Below the pieces are notes generated by a model that worked only from the letters and a program-made list of their open reading frames with translations, ran no database searches and was not told the origin of the DNA. From NCBI RefSeq assembly GCF_009914755.1, contig NC_060948.1: a stretch of 64,000 nt of DNA; one strand, 5' to 3'. Shown here piece by piece: positions 10,746-24,400 of this stretch; the first letter of the stretch is position 1; every line of letters starts with the position of its first letter. This stretch comes from the human T2T-CHM13v2.0 reference genome, Homo sapiens. The position numbers and the translations under genes were made by a program.

Positions 10746-13700
10746 TCAACAGGAATGGAAGGGAATAGAATAGACGGTAATGGAATGGACTCGAATTGAA
10801 TGGACACGAATGCTCAAATTGAATGGACTCGAATGGAATGGAAACGAAAGGAATGTCATCGAATGGAATTGAATCGATTGGAATGAAATCGCATAGAATG
10901 GAGTGGAATCAAATGGAATTGAATCGAAAGGAAAGGAAGCGAATGGACTGAAATGAAATGTAATGGAATTGAATGGAAAGTAATGCAATGGAATAGAATG
11001 GAACGAAATTTCACGGAATGGAATCAAACTGAATGGAATCAAATCACTGGAATCTAATGAAATGGAATGGAAAGGAATTGAATGGAGTACATTGGATTGG
11101 ATGGGATTGGAATGAAATGTACTGGAAAGGACTCGAATTTCATGAAACGGAATGGAATGAATTGGAACGGAAAGGACTCGAATGGAATGGAATGTCATGG
11201 AATGGCATCAAATGGAATGGCATCAAATGGAATGGAATCGAATGCAATGGAATGCTATGGAATGGAATGGAATGCATTGGAATGGAATGTCCTCTAATGG
11301 AATGGATTCGAGTGGAATGGAATCGAATATAATGGAGTCGAATGAAATGGAATTGAAAGGAATGGGATCGAATACAATGGAATATACTGGAATGTAATGT
11401 AATGAACTAAAATGTAATTGACTGGAATGGAATGTACATGAATGGAATGTAATCGAATGGAAAGTAATCCAATGGAATAGAATCTAATGCAATAAAATCG
11501 ACTCAGATAGAGTAGAATGTAATGGAATGGAGTGCAGTGCAATGCAATGGAATGGAATGGAATGCAATGGAATGGAATGGAATGGAATGGAATGGAATGG
11601 AATGGGATGGAATGGTATGGAATGGATAGTAATGGACTGGAGTGAAATGGACTGGAAAGGAATGGACTCAAATTGAAAGGGCTCGAAAGGAATGGAGTCA
11701 AATGGAATGGTCTGGAATGGAATGAACACGAATGTAATGCAATCCAATAGAATGGAATCGAATGGCATGGAATATAAAGAAATGGAATCGAAGAGAATGG
11801 AAACAAATGGAATGGAATTGAATGGAATGGAATTGAATGGAATGGGAACGAATGGAGTGAAATTGTATGCAGTAGAAGGGAATAGAATGGAATGCAAGCG
11901 AAAGGAAAGGAATGGATTGGAATGGAATGGAATTCATTGGAATGGAAGGGAATGTAGTGTAATGGACAGGTCTGGAATAAAGTGGAATGCTACGGTCTCA
12001 ATGGAATAAAAATGTATGGAATGGAATGCAATGAAACGGAATCGAATGTCATAGAATGTAATGGAATGCAAAAAAAATGGAATCCAAAATCATTGACTGG
12101 AAAGGCTGGGTGTCGAAAGGAATTGACTCCAATGGAATGGAATCGAATGGAATGGAAGTGAATAGAATCGAACTAAATCGAATGGAATGGAATTGATAGG
12201 AACGGAATGGAAAGGAATGCAATGATTTGGCATGGAATGGAATCGAATGGCATCGAATGGAATGGAATGGAATGCAATGGAATGGAATGTATTAGAATGT
12301 AATGAACTTTAATGGAATGTACTCGAATGGATTCGACTGGAATGGAATGTTCTGGAAGTGAATGGACTCCAATGGAATGGATTCAAAAGGAAAGGAATCG
12401 TACGGAATGGAATCTAATGGAATGGAATTAAATGGAAATGAATCAAATTGAATAGCACGGATTTGAATTGAATGGAATGGAATGCAATGGAATCTAATGA
12501 AACGGAAAGGAAAGGAATGGAATGGAATGGAATGGACTGGAATGGAAAGGAATCAAAACGAATTGAATGGAATCGAACTGAAGAGACTGGAATGGAATGC
12601 ACTGGAATGGAAGGGAGTGTAATGGAAGGTTCTCGAAAAAAATGGAATCGAATGGAATGGAATTGAATGGAACGGAATAGAGTCGAATGGAATTGAATGG
12701 AATGGAATGGACTAGAGTGAAATGGAATCGAACCACAAGGAATGGACATGAATAGAATGGTCTCGAATTGAATGGAATCGTATTGAATGGCATCAAACGG
12801 AATGGAATGGACAGCCACGGAATGGAATGCACTCGAATGCAATGGAGTCGAAACTAATGGACTGGAATAGAATGGACTCGACTGGTACGGACTCCAATGG
12901 AATGGAATCGAATGGAAGGGAATCGAACGGAATGGACTCGAAGGGAAAAGACTGCAATGGAAAGGTCTCGAATGGAATGGAAATTAATGGAATGGAATGG
13001 AATCGAATGAAATGGAGTCAAAAGGAATGGAATCGAATGGCAAGAAATCGAATGTAATGGAATCACAAGGAATTGATGTGAACGGAACGGAATGGAATGG
13101 AATCCAAAGGAATGGAATAGAATGGAATGGAATCGAATGGAAAGGACTCGAATGGAAATCACTCGAATAGAATGCAATTTAATAAAATAGGATCAAATGT
13201 AATGGAATGGAATGGAAGGGAATCGAAACGAAAGGAATGGAGACAGATGGAATGGAATGGAAGAGAGAGCAATGGTATAGAATGGAATGGAATCATCTGG
13301 AATGGAATTGAATGGAATGGAATAATATGAAATGGAATGGAATGGAATGGAATGGAATGCCCTTGAATTAAATGGACTGGAATGGAATGGACTCGAACAG
13401 AGTGGAATGGAAAGTGTTGAGATAGAATGGAATGGACTCCTTTGGAATGGTGTAGTATGCAATGCAATCGACTGGCAGGGAATCAAAAGGAATGTAATCG
13501 AATGGATTGGACTGGAATGCAATGGACTCGAATAGATTGGAAACGGAATGCAAAGGAATGGAATGGAATAGTATGGAATGGAATGGAAAGGAATGGAGTG
13601 GAATAGACTAGAGTGGAATGGAATGGACTGGAAAGCAATGGACTGGAATGGAACTTTCTTGAATGGACTGGAATCAAACGGAATGGAATGCAATGCAATC

Positions 13701-14304
13701 AAATGGCATGGAATAAAATAGAATGAAAGAGAATCAAATGGAATTGAATCGAATGGAATCGAATGGATTGGAAAGGAATAGAATGGAATGGAATGGAATT
13801 GACTCAAATGGAATGGACTAGAATGGAATGGATTCGAATGGAAGGCAAAGGAATGGAATCTATTGGAATGGACTGTAATGGAATGGAACGGAAGGGATTG
13901 GAATGGACTCGAATGGAATGGACTGCAATAGAAAGGATTCGAATGGAATGAAAAAGAATTGAATGGAATAGAACAGAATGGAATCAAATCGAATGAAATG
14001 GAATGGAATAGAAAGGAATGGAATGAAATGGAATGGAAAGGATTCGAATGGAATGCAATCGAATGGAATGGAATCGAACGGAATGGAATAAAATGGAAGA
14101 AAACTGGCAAGAAATGGAATCGAAATGAATGGAGTGTTATGGAACGGACTCAAAAGGAATTGAATGTAATAGAATGGAGTGGAGTGGACTCGAATATAAT
14201 GGACTGGAATGGAATGAAATCACATGGAATGGGAACGAATGGAATGGAATGGAAAGGAATGGAATCGAATGGAAAGGAATCGAATGGAAGGGAATGAAAT
14301 TGAA
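10746..14304 (+). repeat. DYZ1 unit 4 (3559 bp), most diverged copy, HaeIII/StuI site lost
   Basis: Anchor spacing; GACAGGTCTGG at ~11965-11975; many private substitutions. Confidence 0.95.
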
Positions 14305-17300
14305 TCAACAGGAATGGAAGGGAATAGAATAGACGGTAATGGAATGGACTCGAATAGAATGGACACGAATGCTCAAATTGAATGGACTCGAATGGAATGG
14401 AAACGAAAGGAATGTCATCGAATGGAATTGAATCGATTGGAATGAAATCGTGTAGAATGGAGTGGAATGAAATGGAATTGAATCGAAAGGAAAGGAAGCA
14501 AATGGACTGAAATGAAATGGAATGGAATTGAATAGAAAGTTATGTAATGGAATAGAATGGAACGAAATTTCACGGAATGGAATCAAACTGAATGGAATCA
14601 AATCAATGGAATCAAATCAAATGGAATGGATAGGAATTGAATGGAGTAGATTGGATTGGATGGGATTGGAATGAAATGTACTGGAAAGGACTCGAATTTC
14701 ATGAAACGGAATGGAATGAATTGGAACGGAACGGACTCGAATGGAATGGAATGTCATGGAATGGCATCAAATGGAATGGCATCAAATGGAATGGAATCGA
14801 ATGCAATGGAATGCTATGGAATGGAATGGAATGCATTGGAATGGAATGTCCTCTAATGGAATGGATTCGAGTGGAATGGAATCGAATATAATGGAGTCGA
14901 ATGAAATGGAATTGAAAGGAATGGGATCGAATACAATGGAATATACTGGAATGTAATGTAATGAACTCGAATGTAATTGACTGGAATGGAATGTACATGA
15001 ATGGAATGTAATCGAATGGAAAGTAATCCAATGGAATAGAATCTAATGCAATAAAATCGACTCAGATAGAGTAGAATGTAATGGAATGGAGTGCAGTGCA
15101 ATGGAATGGAAAGGAATGGAATGCAATGGAATGGAATGGAATGGAATGGAATGGAACGGAATGGAATGGTGTGGAATGGATAGTAATGGACTGGAGTGAA
15201 ATGGACTGGAAAGGAATGGACTCAAATTGAAAGGGCTCGAAAGGAATGGAGTCAAATGGAATGGTCTGGAATGGAATGAACACGAAGGTAATGCAATCCA
15301 ATAGAATGGAATCGAATGGCATGGAATATAAAGAAATGGAATCGAAGAGAATGGAAACAAATGGAATGGAATTGAGTGGAATGGAATTGAATGGAATGGG
15401 AACGAATGGAGTGAAATTGTATGCAGTAGAAGAGAATAGAATGGAATGCAAGCGAAAGGAAAGGAATGGATTGGAATGGAATGGAATTCATTGGAATGGA
15501 AGGGAATGTAGTGTAATGGACAGGCCTGGAATAAAGTGGAATGCTACGGTCTCGAATGGAATAAAAATGTATGGAATGGAATGCAATGAAACGGAATCGA
15601 ATGTCATAGAATGTAATGGAATGCAAAAAAATGGAATCCAAAATCATTGACTGGAAAGGCTGGGTGTCGAAAGGAATTGACTCCAATGGAATGGAATCGA
15701 ATGGAATGGAAGTGAATAGAATCGAACTAAATCGAATGGAATGGAATTGATAGGAACGGAATGGAAAGGAATGCAATGATTTGGCATGGAATGGAATCGA
15801 ATGGCATCGAATGGAATGGAATGGAATGCAATGGAATGGAATGTATTAGAATGTAATGAACTTTAATGGAATGTACTCGAATGGATTCGACTGGAATGGA
15901 ATGTTCTGGAAGTGAATGGACTCCAATGGAATGGATTCAAAAGGAATGGAATCTAATGGAATGGAATTAAATGGAAATGAATCAAATTGAATAGCACGGA
16001 ATTGAATTGAATGAAATGGAATGCAATGGAATCTAATGAAACGGAAAGGAAAGGAATGGAATGGAATGGAATGGGCTGGAATGGAAAGGAATCGAAACGA
16101 ATGGAATGGAATCGAACTGAAGAGACTGGAATGGAATGCACTGGAATGGAAGGGAGTGTAATGGAAGGTTCTCGAAAAAAATGGAATCGAATGGAATGGA
16201 ATTGAATGGAACGGAATAGAGTCGAATGGAATTGAATGGAATGGAATGGACTAGAGTGAAATGGAATCGAACCACAAGGAATGGACAGGAATAGAATGGT
16301 CTCGAATTGAATGGAATCGTATGGAATGGCATCAAACGGAATGGAATGGACAGCCACGGAATGGAATGCACTCGAATGCAATGGAGTCGAAACTTATGGA
16401 CTGGAATAGAATGGACTCGACTGGTACGGACTCCAATGGAATGGAATCGAATGGAAGGGAATCGAACGGAATGGAATCGAAGGGAAAAGACTGCAATGGA
16501 AAGGTCTCGAATGGAATGGAAATTAATGGAATGGAATGGAATCGAATGAAATGGAGTCAAAAGGAATGGAATCGAATGGCAAGAAATCGAATGTAATGGA
16601 ATCGCAAGGAATTGATGTGAACGGAACGGAATGGAATGGAATCCAAAGGAATGGAATAGAATGGAATGGAATCGAATGGAAAGGACTCGAATGGAAATCA
16701 CTCGAATAGAATGCAATTTAATAAAATAGGATCAAATGTAATGGAATGGAATGGAAAGGAATCGAAACGAAAGGAATGGAGACAGATGGAATGGAATGGA
16801 ACAGAGAGCAATGGTATAGAATGGAATGGAATCATCTGGAATGGAATTGAATGGAATGGAATAATATGAAATGGAATGGAATGGAATGGAATGGAATGCC
16901 CTTGAATTAAATGGACTGGAATGGAATGGACTCGAACAGAGTGGAATGGAAAGTGTTGAGATAGAATGGAATGGACTCCTTTGGAATGGTGTAGTATGCA
17001 ATGCAATCGACTGGCAGGGAATCAAAAGGAATGTAATCGAATGTATTGGACTGGAATGCAATGGACTCGAATAGATTGGAAACGGAATGCAAAGGAATGG
17101 AATGGAATAGTATGGAATGGAATGGAAAGGAATGGAGTGGAATAGACTAGAGTGGAATGGAATGGACTGGAAAGCAATGGACTGGAATGGAACTTTCTTG
17201 AATGGACTGGAACCAAACGGAATGGAATGCAATGCAATCAAATGGCATGGAATAAAATAGAATGAAAGAGAATCAAATGGAATTGAATCGAATGGAATCG

Positions 17301-17843
17301 AATGGATTGGAAAGGAATAGAATGGAATGGAATGGAATTGACTCAAATGGAATGGACTAGAATGGAATGGATTCGAATGGAAGGCAAAGGAATGGAATCT
17401 ATTGGAATGGACTGTAATGGAATGGAATGGAAGGGATTGGAATGGACTCGAATGGAATGGACTGCAATAGAAAGGATTCGAATGGAATGAAAAAGAATTG
17501 AATGGAATAGAACAGAATGGAATCAAATCGAATGAAATGGAATGGAATAGAAAGGAATGGAATGAAATGGAATGGAAAGGATTCGAATGGAATGCAATCG
17601 AATGGAATGGAATCGAACGGAATGGAATAAAATGGAAGAAAACTGGCAAGAAATGGAATCGAAATGAATGGAGTGTTATGGAACGGACTCAAAAGGAATT
17701 GAATGTAATAGAATGGAGTGGAGTGGACTCGAATATAATGGACTGGAATGGAATGAAATCACATGGAATGGGAACGAATGGAATGGAATGGAAAGGAATG
17801 GAATCGAATGGAAAGGAATCGAATGGAAGGGAATGAAATTGAA
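14305..17843 (+). repeat. DYZ1 unit 5 (3539 bp)
   Basis: Anchor spacing; tract 1 = 8; 15-bp deletion removing CGTACG near 15952. Confidence 0.95.
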
Positions 17844-20800
17844 TCAACAGGAATGGAAGGGAATAGAATAGACGGTAATGGAATGGACTCGAATAGAATG
17901 GACACGAATGCTCAAATTGAATGGACTCGAATGGAATGGAAACGAAAGGAATGTCATCGAATGGAATTGAATCGATTGGAATGAAATCGCATAGAATGGA
18001 GTGGAATCAAATGGAATTGAATCGAAAGGAAAGGAAGCGAATGGACTGAAATGAAATGGAATGGAATTGAATGGAAAGTAATGCAATGGAATAGAATGGA
18101 ACGAAATTTCACGGAATGGAATCAAACTGAATGGAATCAAATCAATGGAATCTAATCAAATGGAATGGAAAGGAATTGAATGGAGTAGATTGGATTGGAT
18201 GGGATTAGAATGAAATGTACTGGAAAGGACTCGAATTTCATGAAACGGAATGGAATGAATTGGAACGGAATGGACTCGAATGGAATGGAATGTCATGGAA
18301 TGGCATCAAATGGAATGGCATCAAATGGAATGGAATCGAATGCAATGGAATGTTATGGAATGGAATGGAATGCATTGGAATGGAATGTCCTCTAATGGAA
18401 TGGATTCGAGTGGAATGGAATCGAATATAATGGAGTCGAATGAAATGGAATTGAAAGGAATGGGATCGAATAGAATGGAATATACTGGAATGTAATGTAA
18501 TGAACTCGAATGTAATTGACTGGAATGGAATGTACATGAATGGAAGGTAATCGAATGGAAAGTAATCCAATGGAATAGAATCTAATGCAATAAAACCGAA
18601 TCAGATAGAGTAGAATGTAATGGAATGGAGTGCAGTGCAATGGAATGGAATGGAATTGAATGCAATGGAATGGAATGGAATGGAATGGAATGGAATGGAA
18701 TGGAATGGAATGGAATGGGATGGAATGGTATGGAATGGATAGTAATGGACTGGAGTGAAATGGACTGGAAAGGAATGGACTCAAATTGAAAGGGCTCGAA
18801 AGGAATGGTGTCAAATGGAATGGTCTGGAATGGAATGAACACGAATGTAATGCAGTCCAATAGAATGGAATCGAATGGCATGGAATATAAAGAAATGGAT
18901 TCGAAGAGAATGGAAACAAATGGAATGGAATTGAATGGAATGGAATTGAATGGAATGGGAACGAATGGAGTGAAATTGTATGCAGTAGAAGGGAATAGAA
19001 TGGAATGCAAGCGAAAGGAAAGGAATGGATTGGAATGGAATGGAATTCATTGGAATGGAAGGGAATGTAGTGTAATGGACAGGCCTGGAATAAAGTGGAA
19101 TGCTACGGTCTCGAATGGAATAAAAATGTATGGAATGGAATGCAATGAAACGGAATCGAATGTCATAGAATGTAATGGAATGCAACAAAATGGAATCCAA
19201 AATCATTGACTGGAAAGGCTGGGTGTCGAAAGGAATTGACTCCAATGGAATGGAATCGAATGGAATGGAAGTGAATAGAATCGAACTAAATCGAATGGAA
19301 TGGAATTGATAGGAACGGAATGGAAAGGAATGCAATGATTTGGCATGGAATGGAATCGAATGGCATCGAATGGAATGGAATGGAATGCAATGGAATGGAA
19401 TGTATTAGAATGTAATGAACTTTAATGGAATGTACTCGAATGGATTCGACTGGAATGGAATGTTCTGGAAGTGAATGGACTCCAATGGAATGGATTCAAA
19501 AGGAATGGAATCGTACGGAATGGAATCTAATGGAATGGAATTAAATGGAAATGAATCAAATTGAATAGCACGGAATTGAATTGAATGGAATGGAATGCAA
19601 TGGAATCTAATGAAACGGAAAGGAAAGGAATGGAATGGAATGGAATGGGCTGGAATGGAAAGGAATCGAAACGAATGGAATGGAATCGAACTGAAGAGAC
19701 TGGAATGGAATGCACTGGAATGGAAGGGAGTGTAATGGAAGGTTCTCGAAAATAATGGAATCGAATGGAATGGAATTGAATGGAACGGAATAGAGTCGAA
19801 TGGAATTGAATGGAATGGAATGGACTAGAGTGAAATGGAATCGAACCACAAGGAATGGACAGGAATAGAATGGTCTCGAATTGAATGGAATCGTATGGAA
19901 TGGCATCAAACGGAATGGAATGGACAGCCACGGAATGGAATGCACTCGAATGCAATGGAGTCGAAACTAATGGACTGGAATAGAATGGACTCGACTGGTA
20001 CGGACTCCAATGGAATGGAATCGAATGGAAGGGAATCGAACGGAATGGACTCGAAGGGAAAAGACTGCAATGGAAAGGTCTCGAATGGAATGGAAATTAA
20101 TGGAATGGAATGGAATCGAATGAAATGGAGTCAAAAGGAATGGAATCGAATGGCAAGAAATCGAATGTAATGGAATCGCAAGGAATTGATGTGAACGGAA
20201 CGGAATGGAATGGAATCCAAAGGAATGGAATAGAATGGAATGGAATCGAATGGAAAGGACTCGAATGGAAATCACTCGAATAGAATGCAATTTAATAAAA
20301 TAGGATCAAATGTAATGGAATGGAATGGAAAGGAATCGAAACGAAAGGAATGGAGACAGATGGAATGGAATGGAACAGAGAGCAATGGTATAGAATGGAA
20401 TGGAATCATCTGGAATGGAATTGAATGGAATGGAATAATATGAAATGGAATGGAATGGAATGGAATGGAATGCCCTTGAATTAAATGGACTGGAATGGAA
20501 TGGACTCGAACAGAGTGGAATGGAAAGTGTTGAGATAGAATGGAATGGACTCCTTTGGAATGGTCTAGTATGCAATGCAATCGACTGTCAGGGAATCAAA
20601 AGGAATGTAATCGAATGGATTGGACTGGAATGCAATGGACTCGAATAGATTGGAAACGGAATGCAAAGGAATGGAATGGAATAGTATGGAATGGAATGGA
20701 AAGGAATGGAGTGGAATAGACTAGAGTGGAATGGAATGGACTGGAAAGCAATGGACTGGAATGGAACTTTCTTGGATGGACTGGAATCAAACGGAATGGA

Positions 20801-21417
20801 ATGCAATGTAATCAAATGGCATGGAATAAAATAGAATGAAAGAGAATCAAATGGAATTGAATCGAATGGAATCGAATGGATTGTAAAGGAATAGAATGGA
20901 ATGGAATGGAATTGACTCAAATGGAATGGACTAGAATGGAATGGATTCGAATGGAAGGCAAAGGAATGGAATCTATTGGAATGGACTGTAATGGAATGGA
21001 ATGGAAGGGATTGGAATGGACTCGAATGGAATGGACTGCAATAGAAAGGATTCGAATGGAATGAAAAAGAATTGAATGGAATAGAACAGAATGGAATCAA
21101 ATCGAATGAAATGGAATGGAATAGAAAGGAATGGAATGAAATGGAATGGAAAGGATTCGAATGGAATGCAATCGAATGGAATGGAATCGAACGGAATGGA
21201 ATAAAATGGAAGAAAACTGGCAAGAAATGGAATCGAAATGAATGGAGTGTTATGGAACGGACTCAAAAGGAATTGAATGTAATAGAATGGAGTGGAGTGG
21301 ACTCGAATATAATGGACTGGAATGGAATGAAATCACATGGAATGGGAACGAATGGAATGGAATGGAAAGGAATGGAATCGAATGGAAAGGAATCGAATGG
21401 AAGGGAATGAAATTGAA
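17844..21417 (+). repeat. DYZ1 unit 6 (3574 bp), transitional/mosaic copy
   Basis: Anchor spacing; mixes left-block and right-block diagnostic alleles. Confidence 0.93.
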
Positions 21418-24400
21418 TCAACAGGAATGGAAGGGAATAGAATAGACGGTAATGGAATGGACTCGAATAGAATGGACACGAATGCTCAAATTGAATGGAT
21501 TCGAATGGAATGGAAACGAAAGGAATGTCATCGAATGGAATTGAATCGATTGGAATGAAATCGCATAGAATGGAGTGGAATCAAATGGAATTGAATCGAA
21601 AGGAAAGGAAGCGAATGGACTGAAATGAAATGGAATGGAATTGAATGGAAAGTAATGCAATGGAATAGAATGGAACGAAATTTCACGGAATGGAATCAAA
21701 CTGAATGGAATCAAATCAATGGAATCTAATCAAATGGAATGGAAAGGAATTGAATGGAGTAGATTGGATTGGATGGGATTGGAATGAAATGTACTGGAAA
21801 GGACTCGAATTTCATGAAACGGAATGGAATGAATTGGAACGGAATGGACTCGAATGGAATGGAATGTCATGGAATGGCATCGAATGGAATGGCATCAAAT
21901 GGAATGGAATCGAATGCAATGGAATGTTATGGAATGGAATGGAATGCATTGGAATGGAATGTCCTCTAATGGAATGGATTCGAGTGGAATGGAATCGAAT
22001 ATAATGGAGTCGAATGAAATGGAATTGAAAGGAATGGGATCGAATAGAATGGAATATACTGGAATGTAATGTAATGAACACGAATGTAATTGACTGGAAT
22101 GGAATGTACATGAATGGAAGGTAATCGAATGGAAAGTAATCCAATGGAATAGAATCTAATGCAATAAAACCGAATCAGATAGAGTAGAATGTAATGGAAT
22201 GGAGTGCAGTGCAATGGAATGGAATGGAATTGAATGCAATGGAATGGAATGGAATGGAATGGAATGGAATGGAATGGAATGGTATGGAATGGATAGTAAT
22301 GGACTGGAGTGAAATGGACTGGAAAGGAATGGACTCAAATTGAAAGGGCTCGAAAGGAATGGAGTCAAATGGAATGGTCTGGAATGGAATGAACACGAAT
22401 GTAATGCAATCCAATAGAATGGAATCGAATGGCATGGAATATAAAGAAATGGAATCGAAGAGAATGGAAACAAATGGAATGGAATTGAATGGAATGGAAT
22501 TGAATGGAATGGGAACGAATGGAGTGAAATTGTATGCAGTAGAAGGGAATAGAATGGAATGCAAGCGAAAGGAAAGGAATGGATTGGAATGGAATGGAAT
22601 TCATTGGAATGGAAGGGAATGTAGTGTAATGGACAGGCCTGGAATAAAGTGGAATGCTACGGTCTCGAATGGAATAAAAATGTATGGAATGGAATGCAAT
22701 GAAACGGAATCGAATGTCATAGAATGTAATGGAATGCAACAAAATGGAATCCAAAATCATTGACTGGAAAGGCTGGGTGTCGAAAGGAATTGACTCCAAT
22801 GGAATGGAATCGAATGGAATGGAAGTGAATAGAATCGAACTAAATCGAATGGAATGGAATTGATAGGAACGGAATGGAAAGGAATGCAATGATTTGGCAT
22901 GGAATGGAATCGAATGGCATCGAATGGAATGGAATGGAATGCAATGGAATGGAATGTATTAGAATGTAATGAACTTTAATGGAATGTACTCGAATGGATT
23001 CGACTGGAATGGAATGTTCTGGAAGTGAATGGACTCCAATGGAATGGATTCAAAAGGAATGGAATCGTACGGAATGGAATCTAATGGAATGGAATTAAAT
23101 GGAAATGAATCAAATTGAATAGCACGGAATTGAATTGAATGGAATGGAATGCAATGGAATCTAATGAAACGGAAAGGAAAGGAATGGAATGGAATGGAAT
23201 GGGCTGGAATGGAAAGGAATCGAAACGAATGGAATGGAATCGAACTGAAGAGACTGGAATGGAATGCACTGGAATGGAAGGGAGTGTAATGGAAGGTTCT
23301 CGAAAATAATGGAATCGAATGGAATGGAATTGAATGGAACGGAATAGAGTCGAATGGAATTGAATGGAATGGAATGGACTAGAGTGAAATGGAATCGAAC
23401 CACAAGGAATGGACAGGAATAGAATGGTCTCGAATTGAATGGAATCGTATGGAATGGCATCAAACGGAATGGAATGGACAGCCACGGAATGGAATGCACT
23501 CGAATGCAATGGAGTCGAAACTAATGGACTGGAATAGAATGGACTCGACTGGTACGGACTCCAATGGAATGGAATCGAATGGAAGGGAATCGAACGGAAT
23601 GGACTCGAAGGGAAAAGACTGCAATGGAAAGGTCTCGAATGGAATGGAAATTAATGGAATGGAATGGAATCGAATGAAATGGAGTCAAAAGGAATGGAAT
23701 CGAATGGCAAGAAATCGAATGTAATGGAATCGCAAGGAATTGATGTGAACGGAACGGAATGGAATGGAATCCAAAGGAATGGAATAGAATGGAATGGAAT
23801 CGAATGGAAAGGACTCGAATGGAAATCACTCGAATAGAATGCAATTTAATAAAATAGGATCAAATGTAATGGAATGGAATGGAAAGGAATCGAAACGAAA
23901 GGAATGGAGACAGATGGAATGGAATGGAACAGAGAGCAATGGTATAGAATGGAATGGAATCATCTGGAATGGAATTGAATGGAATGGAATAATATGAAAT
24001 GGAATGGAATGGAATGGAATGGAATGCCCTTGAATTAAATGGACTGGAATGGAATGGACTCGAACAGAGTGGAATGGAAAGTGTTGAGATAGAATGGAAT
24101 GGACTCCTTTGGAATGGTCTAGTATGCAATGCAATCGACTGTCAGGGAATCAAAAGGAATGTAATCGAATGGATTGGACTGGAATGCAATGGACTCGAAT
24201 AGATTGGAAACGGAATGCAAAGGAATGGAATGGAATAGTATGGAATGGAATGGAAAGGAATGGAGTGGAATAGACTAGAGTGGAATGGAATGGACTGGAA
24301 AGCAATGGACTGGAATGGAACTTTCTTGGATGGACTGGAATCAAACGGAATGGAATGCAATGTAATCAAATGGCATGGAATAAAATAGAATGAAAGAGAA

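Noticed and set aside
39-14304. Strict 7133-bp dimeric higher-order repeat (3574+3559 twice)
   Set aside because: Units 2 and 4 reach 3559 bp by different events and do not share alleles, so the length match is coincidental.
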